36,769 bases of DNA, taken from positions 1 to 36,769 of IMG/VR virus record IMGVR_UViG_3300020183_000232. One strand, 5' to 3'. Below the pieces are notes generated by a model. That model had not been told where the DNA came from and made no database searches. It saw only the letters and a list, made by a program, of their open reading frames with translations. This document shows positions 28,989-36,769 of the stretch, piece by piece (the first letter of the stretch is position 1; each line of letters starts with the position of its first letter). Source of the stretch: a virus (lineage: Duplodnaviria > Caudoviricetes). Made by a program: the position numbers and the translations under genes.

Positions 28989-31900
28989 ATGAGTATCTAT
29001 GTATATAATTCTATAATAAGTACTAACACTTACGAAACAGGAGATTTTGGCAGTATCACATCTCCTGTTGAAAGAAGTATAGATTATGCTGCAGATTTAT
29101 CCCTACAACCACAATCTGTAGTAGATTATACCACTAATTTTTATTTGACTCGACCTTTACCGGGATCAGCAACAGAATTTTCATCTACAGATGTGACTTT
29201 TGATTCTGCACCTCATTTTGATAGTACATCAATAAATTTTTCATCTCTTACTGATAGTCCAACATTATATGATTCTTCTACTCCTTATGAAACTGTAGAT
29301 GAAGTTTATACTTTTGATTCTACTGTATACGAAGACTTTGGATATCTTTATGTTAATTCAACATTGACTCCGATGGGAGCACTTGAAATAAAATTAACAA
29401 GTGCTGCTGTAAGTCAACTTCATCACTTTACAGGATCTGGAACATTATTTACTGTTGGAGTTCTAGACGAGAATGTTACTTTTGCCTGGGTTGGAAATGG
29501 TACTGTATTTGAAATAGGTAGTGGATTAGAAAGAACAGTACGACCGTATGTTGCTTCTGGTACTCTCCGAATGGATGCCAGTGTTGCGGCCACAGCACTG
29601 GAAAGAGTATCATGGGCATATAATACAAGTTCAATTTATAATCCACAATTAGATTGGGGAAGTATAACCGAAGCTGGCTTGAGTGGGATCGATGATTTCG
29701 GGTCGATAACTGAACCACCAACTATCAGAGGACCATATCCCTCTCTCGACGATTTCGGACTAATAATCAATAATCCAACTTCGTATCCACAAATTCCATT
29801 TGGAACGGTTAGATTTGTAAATTATAACGCAGATAATACTTATGATACCTGCGACAGTAATGGTATTTCTTGCGATAATCAAAGTTCTGCAACTATAAGT
29901 TTTACTGCACAAACTCCAGAAGATACAGCTCTCTATACGTTCTTAGGAGTTGGTTTAGAGTCACATACAGAGTCTTATGTTGGCATAGGTGCATTAACGC
30001 TTTCTGGAACTGCTCTAGAATCCTTCTCTGCACAAACTCCAGAAGATACAGCTCTCTACACATTCTTAGGAACTGCTCTAGAATCCTTCTCTGCACAAAC
30101 TCCAGAAGATACAGCTCTCTACACATTCTTAGGAACTGCTCTAGAATCCTTCTCTGCACAAACTCCAGAAGATACGGTTCTTTATAGTTTCTCTGGAGAA
30201 TTATTACATCCAAATATTGATTATACTCCACACTATGGTATTGAAAAAAATATTGGTGTTGGAACTACAGGAATCAAGTTATTTGGAGAATTATTACATC
30301 CAAATATTGATTATACTCCACACTATGGTATTGAGAAAAATATTGGTGTTGGAACAACAGGTATTAAACTCAATGGTGTCCTCACCGAAAGATTTACTTT
30401 CTCTTATAATGCAGATCCAGAATCATGTTATGATCCTGGCGAAGACGCAACTGATTTTGGATTTGTAAGTGAAACACCTTCTGATTTCATTGATTCTGGT
30501 TTAATATCCGAAGAAGAAACCGGCAATATTCCAGATGATGCTGGATTCATAATTGAACCTCTAGTTGTTACTTGTCCATTTGGATCAATATTTGTCTTAG
30601 GAACTGCTCTAGAATCCTTCTCTGCACAAACTCCAGAAGATACGGTTCTTTATAGTTTCTCTGGAGAATTATTACATCCAAATATTGATTATACTCCACA
30701 CTATGGTATTGAGAAAAATATTGGTGTTGGAACTACAGGAATCAACTTATCTGGATATGCTGTAGAGAAAAATACAGAGTCTTATGTTGGCATAGGTACA
30801 TTAACGCTTTCTGGAACTGCTCTAGAATCCTTCTCTGCACAAACTCCTGAAGATACTATTCTCTATAGTTTCTCTGGAACTGCTCTAGAATCCTTCTCTG
30901 CACAAACTCCAGAAGATACAGCTCTCTACACATTCTTAGGAACTGCTGTAGAAAGAAATACAGAGTCTTATGTTGGCATAGGTACATTAACGCTTTCTGG
31001 AACTGCTCTAGAATCCTTCTCTGCACAAACTCCTGAAGATACTATTCTCTATAGTTTCTCTGGAACTGCTCTAGAATCCTTCTCTGCACAAACTCCAGAA
31101 GATACAGCTCTCTACACATTCTTAGGAACTGCTGTAGAAAGAAATACAGAGTCTTATGCTGGTATAGGTACTTTTGGCCCTGTTCCTGGAGTAGGATTTG
31201 CTCCGGATGGAGATGGTAATCTTCGTGACGCTAAAACATATTGCAATAGATATGGATTCCTTATTGGCGACTTTAATCTTGGCTCTGGTATTGGAACAAT
31301 AAGACTGTTAGGATCAGGCAAAGGAAGATTGGTTCCAGTTATATTTGGTCAAGGATCTATATTTATATCTGGTACTGGAAATGAATCCTTCAGCAGATGT
31401 AATTATGATGGTTCTGGAGAAATAATAACACTTTCCGGAATTGCATCTACAAGAGAAATTGCAGTATATGGTTATTATGGAGATGATAATAATCCAGGAA
31501 CTTCAGGAACAATTTTCGTATCGCAACAAACTTCGCCAATTATTGAAAAAATAACTTTTGCTTACAGTGGATCTGGACAACTATCTGTTAACGGAAGTTT
31601 CGATATATTGAGAACTAAGTCTTTCCGTGGACTTGGAACGGTTCAATTCTACGGAACGGCTCTAGAATCCTTCTCTGCACAAACTCCTGAAGATATTCAA
31701 CTCTTTAGTATTTCTGGATTTAGTCTTGAAGTATATTCTGCACAAACTCCAGAAACTGAAGTTCTTTACATCATCAATGGATTCATTGAAGAATCAATTA
31801 CAAATAGTTATGAAGGATTAGGATCTGTAAGTCTTACTGGAGATTCGACTGTATTCTATGTTCCTAACTATCCAGCAAGAGGAACCTTTAGATTTACAAG

Positions 31901-32669
31901 GCACAATGTAGATAATGATTACGATACTTGTGATAATGAAGATATTGTATGTGATAATCAAGACTCTGCACATGTAAGTTTTACAGCCAATCCTCCAGAA
32001 AATACTGTTCTGTTAGATCTTGATGGAAGTGCAGTTACTTCTGAAATTTCCGTATATACTGATATTGGAGTTGGACTTTATACTTTATCGGGAACATACA
32101 ACGATATTAAACTTACTTATTCCGAAATTGGAATTGGAACAGTATTCATTTCAGAAATTTCTTCCGAAAGAGAAACAAATACTTACATTGGAAATGGAAA
32201 TCTATTTACTTTATCTGGTTCTGGAGAGTCCATTGGTGTCATTCCACCAGAAAATACACTTCTCATTCAAATTTCTGGATCTGCAACTACTTCCATAGAA
32301 CTTGAATATTCAATTGTTGGTATAGGACTATTTACTGTAAGTGGATCTGCAATTACTTCAGAAATTGCTACATATACTCAAATAGGTTCTGGAACCATAA
32401 CACTTTCTGGTGAACTTCTCCATCCAGATGTTGACTATATCCCATCACTAGGTGGTTCTGGTCTAATTAATGTTCTTGGATCCGCCGATGATTCAATTAC
32501 AAAAATATATGATATTGCATCTGGAAGTCTGTTTGGATTCTCTTCTGGATTAGAATCCTTCACAAAATCCACTTATGTTGGGCTTGGTACAATTTATATT
32601 CTAGAACTTTCTGGATTAGCTATTAATAATCCATTCCAAATCCCAAGAACATATGTAGTGATCATTTAA
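28989..32669 (+). CDS. Acidic Gly/Ser/Thr-rich repeat protein (1226 aa), probable virion fibre/decoration protein
   Basis: Long ORF with 21-aa GTALESFSAQTPEDTALYTFL, 30-aa GELLHPNIDYTPHYGIEKNIGVGTTGIKL(F) and D[FW]GxI repeats; within the structural gene cluster. Confidence 0.8.
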   Translation: MSIYVYNSIISTNTYETGDFGSITSPVERSIDYAADLSLQPQSVVDYTTNFYLTRPLPGSATEFSSTDVTFDSAPHFDSTSINFSSLTDSPTLYDSSTPYETVDEVYTFDSTVYEDFGYLYVNSTLTPMGALEIKLTSAAVSQLHHFTGSGTLFTVGVLDENVTFAWVGNGTVFEIGSGLERTVRPYVASGTLRMDASVAATALERVSWAYNTSSIYNPQLDWGSITEAGLSGIDDFGSITEPPTIRGPYPSLDDFGLIINNPTSYPQIPFGTVRFVNYNADNTYDTCDSNGISCDNQSSATISFTAQTPEDTALYTFLGVGLESHTESYVGIGALTLSGTALESFSAQTPEDTALYTFLGTALESFSAQTPEDTALYTFLGTALESFSAQTPEDTVLYSFSGELLHPNIDYTPHYGIEKNIGVGTTGIKLFGELLHPNIDYTPHYGIEKNIGVGTTGIKLNGVLTERFTFSYNADPESCYDPGEDATDFGFVSETPSDFIDSGLISEEETGNIPDDAGFIIEPLVVTCPFGSIFVLGTALESFSAQTPEDTVLYSFSGELLHPNIDYTPHYGIEKNIGVGTTGINLSGYAVEKNTESYVGIGTLTLSGTALESFSAQTPEDTILYSFSGTALESFSAQTPEDTALYTFLGTAVERNTESYVGIGTLTLSGTALESFSAQTPEDTILYSFSGTALESFSAQTPEDTALYTFLGTAVERNTESYAGIGTFGPVPGVGFAPDGDGNLRDAKTYCNRYGFLIGDFNLGSGIGTIRLLGSGKGRLVPVIFGQGSIFISGTGNESFSRCNYDGSGEIITLSGIASTREIAVYGYYGDDNNPGTSGTIFVSQQTSPIIEKITFAYSGSGQLSVNGSFDILRTKSFRGLGTVQFYGTALESFSAQTPEDIQLFSISGFSLEVYSAQTPETEVLYIINGFIEESITNSYEGLGSVSLTGDSTVFYVPNYPARGTFRFTRHNVDNDYDTCDNEDIVCDNQDSAHVSFTANPPENTVLLDLDGSAVTSEISVYTDIGVGLYTLSGTYNDIKLTYSEIGIGTVFISEISSERETNTYIGNGNLFTLSGSGESIGVIPPENTLLIQISGSATTSIELEYSIVGIGLFTVSGSAITSEIATYTQIGSGTITLSGELLHPDVDYIPSLGGSGLINVLGSADDSITKIYDIASGSLFGFSSGLESFTKSTYVGLGTIYILELSGLAINNPFQIPRTYVVII
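29900..31160 (+). repeat. Composite in-frame direct repeats (63-, 90- and 186-bp units)
   Basis: 63-bp unit starts at 30006, 30069, 30132; 90-bp unit at 30195, 30285; a copy of about 30132-30277 recurs at about 30600; 186-bp tandem duplication at 30771 and 30957, with a third partial copy at 31143. Confidence 0.9.
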
Positions 32670-32673
32670 TTCT

Positions 32674-32681
32674 GATAAATA
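32674..32681 (+). promoter_or_regulatory. T4-like late promoter (GATAAATA)
   Basis: 7/8 match to TATAAATA in the intergenic gap, 36 nt before ATG 32718. Confidence 0.65.
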
Positions 32682-32717
32682 CATCAGAAGAAATAGTAAT
32701 TTGAGTCGTATAGTACT

Positions 32718-35700
32718 ATGACCAAGCAGGTACAACTTAGAAGGGGAACATCTTCAGAACATACAGTATTTACGGGAGCGGTTGGAGAAGTAACTGTAGA
32801 TACTACTCTAGACGTTCTGGTTGTTCATGATGGAGTTAAACTTGGGGGTCATTATTTAGTAGGAACTGGATTTGGTGCTACAGTATCCCAAGGATTAGTA
32901 AACAAATCTTTTATTGGAATAGGAACTACAACAACAGGTTCTTTAGCATTAATAGCTATAGGAGACGTTGCAATAGCAGGTAATCTAAACTTAAGGAGTT
33001 TAGCGGTTGCTTACGAACCTCCTATTGTAAGACAGGGTGAGTTAACTGATAGTAACATTGGTGATCCAAATGAACTTTTGTTCATCACTGGAATTTCTAC
33101 TGATAATATTAGGGTAGGTCAAATTGTACAAAACCCTAATCATATAGATCTTGATTGTGTAGTTGATGCGGTTGGAATATCAAGTATTCAATTATCAATA
33201 ATTCATTTTGGTGTTAACGGCTCAATTTCAACAAGTTTTACGTTTATAAATCCAGAATCTGGAAAAACTTCTCTTTATGATCTAGAAGTTAGTAATCATA
33301 CAATCATAGCTGAAGCGGGAATTACTTCTGCATATATTGATAATTTGTTTATAAGCTCCGGTATTGTAACTACAACCGGAATTACTAGTGCATATATTAA
33401 TGATGCTTATGTTAATGTTGGCATTGTTACCAATTTATTCGTTAGTACACAATACGTTGATCTTGCTAATATTAATGGTGGTATTGCCACTAGTTTTAAT
33501 ATTACTAATGCTTATGTAGCTTCTGGGATTATAACTAATCTCTACACTACAACTTTATCAGCTAATACTGGTTATATTAATTCTGGTATCATAACAACTG
33601 CAGGAATCACAAGCGCTAGAGTAGATAATTTCTTTGCAACTTCTGGTATTGTAACTACTGCAGGAATTTCTGTAGGATATATTGATAATTTATATCTCGC
33701 TAGCGGTATTGTAACCACTGTAGGAATCACAAGCGCTAGAGTAGATAATTTCTTTGCAACTTCTGGTATCGTAACCACTGCAGGAATAACAAGCGCTAGA
33801 GTAGATAACTTCTTTGCATTATCAGGTATTGTAACAACTTTAAATGTACAAACATCTAATTTAAGTGATGCGAATATTAATTCAGGTATCATAACAACTG
33901 CAGGAATCACAAGCGCTAGAGTAGATAATTTCTTTGCAACTTCTGGTATCGTAACCACTGCAGGAATTTCTAGTGCAAGAGTAGATAACTTATTTGCAAC
34001 TTCTGGTATCGTAACAAGCTTAGTAGTTACCCAAGAAAATGTTGATTTATTATCGATTAATAATTTATTCTTTGCACAATCAGGAATTGTAACCACTGCA
34101 GGAATCACAAGCGCTAGAGTAGATAATTTCTTTGCAACTTCTGGTATCGTAACCACTGCAGGAATAACAAGCGCTAGAGTAGATAATTTCTTTGCAACTT
34201 CTGGTATTGTAACCACTGCAGGAATTTCTAGTGCAAGAGTAGATGATTTCTTTGCAACTTCTGGTATTGTAACAACTGCGGGGATTTCTGTCGGATATAT
34301 CGATAATTTATATCTCGCCAGCGGTATCGTAACAACTGCTGCTATAAACACTTTATCTGTTACAAGCGGTATTGTTACAAATTTAAGTGTGAGTAACGCA
34401 ACTGTTATTTCTGCTATTGCATCAACTGTAGGAATCACAAGCGCTAGAGTAGATAATTTCTTTGCAACTTCTGGTATCGTAACCACTGCAGGAATTTCTA
34501 GTGCAAGAGTAGATGATTTCTTTGCAACTTCTGGTATTGTAACTACTGCAGGAATTTCTAGTGCAAGAGTAGATAACTTATATGTTGCGAGCGGTATTGT
34601 AACAACTGTAGGAATCACAACTGCAGGAATTTCTAGTGCAAGAGTAGATGATTTCTTTGCTACAAGTGGTATCGTAACTACTGCAGGGATTTCTTTCGGA
34701 TATATTGATAACTTATATGTTACGAGCGGTATTGTAACCACTGCAGGAATTTCTAGTGCAAGAGTAGATGATTTCTTTGCTACAAGTGGTATCGTAACTA
34801 CTGCAGGAATTTCTAGTGCAAGATTAGATGTTGCATATATTTCTTCTGGTATTGCTACCGATTTAAATATAGAAACGTCTAATACTAATCTTTCTAGAGT
34901 TAATAGTGGATTCGCAACATACTTTGATGTAACTGGAGTGGGAACTGTTCAGACATTGAACAGTCAAGTTGGAGTTATTACTTATCTAACTGTATCAGAA
35001 ATAAATGTTAATGGTTTTGTTACTTTTGGAAATATATCAATCGGAGCTGCAGGTACAGATTTTGTTGTTGATGGTGATGCAAGAATTACAGGTATTCTTT
35101 CGGTTGGTACAGGAACTGTAACTATTGTTGGGCCAGATTCTTCAATTATTGGTCTACAGAGTTTAAGATCTTCTGCTGGATTTGTTACAAGTCTTTCTGG
35201 AACTAATATTAATTATTCTGGAGTTTCTACATTTAATAATGTAGGTGTAAGTACATTATCCTTAGTCGGTTTTAATACTTTAGGCAATCAAGATAAAACT
35301 GTAAAGATTCAGCTTTCTAATTCTGGTATTTCTTCAAATTATACATTAACTTTACCTCCTAGAATAGGTAGTGCTGGACAACTTTTAGGTTTACTCCCAG
35401 ACGGCACATTGGGATTTACAACCAATGGTGCTGGATTATTTGAAAGTAGATATTATGTTTCTGCTGCAAATGGTAATGATGCTTTTGATGGTAAAGCTCT
35501 TCCAGTCAAAACAATTAGGAGGGCAGCTCAGTTAGCTTCGTTTGATAGTTTCCAAATTCCTGGTCAAAGATTTCTGGATGCTGGGGATTTATTAGAGGCA
35601 AATAACAACTTCATTAAGGAAGAAGCGATTGCCTATGTTAAGTTTAATTTTGAAAATATTGGAATTGCTACAATATTCCCAGATTTTAACGAAAATACTT

Positions 35701-36769
35701 GGAAAGCTGGAATCGGTTCGGTTGTAGAGGCTCTTACGTATGATATTAGATTTGGCGGAAACTCTAAGTCTAGGAATATTGGATCTGTACTTAAGGATTC
35801 TGGAACATATACTGGAGAAGAAGTTCCACTTATTTTTGCGATAGATTATGTTAAATTTATTGGACAATATGTAATTAATAATCAGTCACCACCTACACTA
35901 TATCAGACTAGTGTAAATCAAACATTTGATTTTACCATTAAACCGGATCCAGAAAATTCAAATGCTAATTATTTCCATACATCTAAAGATGCTAGAAATC
36001 TTATTGTAGGAAATAGACAGGAGATCATTGATAAATCTCTTGCTTCTGTTGCAGTCGGAGTGGGATCAACATTCTTCTTCCCTGGAGATGCTGAAACTAC
36101 TACAAGATCAAGATATTATTATGCTCATAAATTAATTGAAATCAACAAACAAGAAATTGTTGATAAATCAATAGCTTCTCTTGCTGTTGGATTCCCTACC
36201 GGATTCTATGTACCAGGTCCCGGTGTTGTTGCTACAACTAAAGATTCTAGATACTATCGTGCATATCAATTAATACAAATCAATAAGAGTGAAATCGTTT
36301 CTACTGCATTAACGGCTATTAATACCCAGTATCCTAATCTTTGGTCTTCTGGAATATCCTCAGCTAAATGTCAGAGAGATCTTGGATACTTTGTTGATGC
36401 CGTTTCAACAGACGTATTTACCGGTGGTAATAACTATGCAAGAACATTTGCTGCGTTTTACTTTGATAATGTTGGAACAGCTATATCAACCGGTCTTGTT
36501 GGAGAAGAACAACAATCAATTTACGGATTCCAACAAGCTGGAATCCAAATGCGAAGAGCTATTACGAACCAGCTCAGCAATAAAAATTTAAATGCTACTC
36601 CTGGGCCAACAGTCTTTGCAGGAGGTGGTGGAAATGTAGGAATTTCTAGTACTGCAGCATGTACTGATGTACAAAATAATATTACTTCTCTTGTTGGAGT
36701 CGTCACTGCTGTAGTTGGTGCTGGAAATACTAGTGGACTTCCTACACTAAATCTTGGAAACTTTAATCT
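32718..36769 (+). CDS. Tail fibre/tailspike-like protein, 3'-truncated (at least 1350 aa): Mtd_N-like N-terminus, 20-aa repeat shaft, DUF1565-like motif, phycobiliprotein-like module
   Basis: Manual translation: MTKQVQLRRGTSSEHTVFTGAVGEVTVDTTLDVLVVHDG…GGH (Mtd N-terminal-like). The frame stays open to the window end, so it is absent from the ORF track. Fibre motif YTLTLPPRIGSAGQLL…DGTLGF, then YYVSAANGNDAFDGKALPVKTIRRA. Confidence 0.88.
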   Translation, partial: MTKQVQLRRGTSSEHTVFTGAVGEVTVDTTLDVLVVHDGVKLGGHYLVGTGFGATVSQGLVNKSFIGIGTTTTGSLALIAIGDVAIAGNLNLRSLAVAYEPPIVRQGELTDSNIGDPNELLFITGISTDNIRVGQIVQNPNHIDLDCVVDAVGISSIQLSIIHFGVNGSISTSFTFINPESGKTSLYDLEVSNHTIIAEAGITSAYIDNLFISSGIVTTTGITSAYINDAYVNVGIVTNLFVSTQYVDLANINGGIATSFNITNAYVASGIITNLYTTTLSANTGYINSGIITTAGITSARVDNFFATSGIVTTAGISVGYIDNLYLASGIVTTVGITSARVDNFFATSGIVTTAGITSARVDNFFALSGIVTTLNVQTSNLSDANINSGIITTAGITSARVDNFFATSGIVTTAGISSARVDNLFATSGIVTSLVVTQENVDLLSINNLFFAQSGIVTTAGITSARVDNFFATSGIVTTAGITSARVDNFFATSGIVTTAGISSARVDDFFATSGIVTTAGISVGYIDNLYLASGIVTTAAINTLSVTSGIVTNLSVSNATVISAIASTVGITSARVDNFFATSGIVTTAGISSARVDDFFATSGIVTTAGISSARVDNLYVASGIVTTVGITTAGISSARVDDFFATSGIVTTAGISFGYIDNLYVTSGIVTTAGISSARVDDFFATSGIVTTAGISSARLDVAYISSGIATDLNIETSNTNLSRVNSGFATYFDVTGVGTVQTLNSQVGVITYLTVSEINVNGFVTFGNISIGAAGTDFVVDGDARITGILSVGTGTVTIVGPDSSIIGLQSLRSSAGFVTSLSGTNINYSGVSTFNNVGVSTLSLVGFNTLGNQDKTVKIQLSNSGISSNYTLTLPPRIGSAGQLLGLLPDGTLGFTTNGAGLFESRYYVSAANGNDAFDGKALPVKTIRRAAQLASFDSFQIPGQRFLDAGDLLEANNNFIKEEAIAYVKFNFENIGIATIFPDFNENTWKAGIGSVVEALTYDIRFGGNSKSRNIGSVLKDSGTYTGEEVPLIFAIDYVKFIGQYVINNQSPPTLYQTSVNQTFDFTIKPDPENSNANYFHTSKDARNLIVGNRQEIIDKSLASVAVGVGSTFFFPGDAETTTRSRYYYAHKLIEINKQEIVDKSIASLAVGFPTGFYVPGPGVVATTKDSRYYRAYQLIQINKSEIVSTALTAINTQYPNLWSSGISSAKCQRDLGYFVDAVSTDVFTGGNNYARTFAAFYFDNVGTAISTGLVGEEQQSIYGFQQAGIQMRRAITNQLSNKNLNATPGPTVFAGGGGNVGISSTAACTDVQNNITSLVGVVTAVVGAGNTSGLPTLNLGNFN
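33582..34850 (+). repeat. 60-bp in-frame tandem repeat array (about 17 units; AGITSARVDNFFATSGIVTT)
   Basis: Near-identical 60-nt units visible at 33601, 33721, 33901, 34099, 34159 and others, interspersed with a variant unit (AGISVGYIDNLYLASGIVTT) and short unique spacers. Confidence 0.92.

Noticed and set aside
29476-32298. Short alternative-frame and antisense ORFs inside the 1226-aa gene
   Set aside because: By-products of the repeats and codon bias; fully nested in a long, well-supported CDS.
33572-34741. 389-aa minus-strand ORF
   Set aside because: Antisense shadow of the 60-bp repeat array in the + strand fibre gene; no supporting signals.
33582-34850. CRISPR-like array
   Set aside because: Units are contiguous in-frame coding repeats without regular unique spacers; no cas genes.
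11180-36769. Diversity-generating retroelement (Mtd_N-like fibre plus two similar DNA segments as possible TR/VR)
   Set aside because: Differences between the copies are mainly third-position changes involving all bases, not adenine-specific. Both copies are coding and about 1 kb long, and no reverse transcriptase is in the window. Mtd_N alone is a common fibre-anchoring domain.
1-36769. tRNA or rRNA genes
   Set aside because: Intergenic gaps are about 105 nt or less and none shows a cloverleaf or rRNA-like sequence.

Overview
AT-rich, gene-dense, + strand late (virion morphogenesis) region of a T4-like myovirus. Gene order and protein motifs point to a cyanophage. Five small hypothetical ORFs are followed by baseplate genes gp25, gp6, a giant gp7-like protein (4623 aa) and gp8. 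Next come a 2508-aa DUF4815/VrlC-like structural protein, several small structural proteins and a 1226-aa acidic repeat protein. A tail-fibre-like ORF starts at 32718, runs off the window end and is missing from the supplied ORF track. T4-type late promoters (TATAAATA and variants) precede several units, and one intrinsic terminator is present. Best candidate for something new: both gp7 and the tail fibre carry a paralogous, apparently nested helical module whose motifs resemble phycobiliproteins, including the chromophore-binding CxRD motif. A compact pseudoknot/SD-sequestering RNA switch candidate lies upstream of ORF 914. All family assignments come from by-eye motif recognition; no searches were run.
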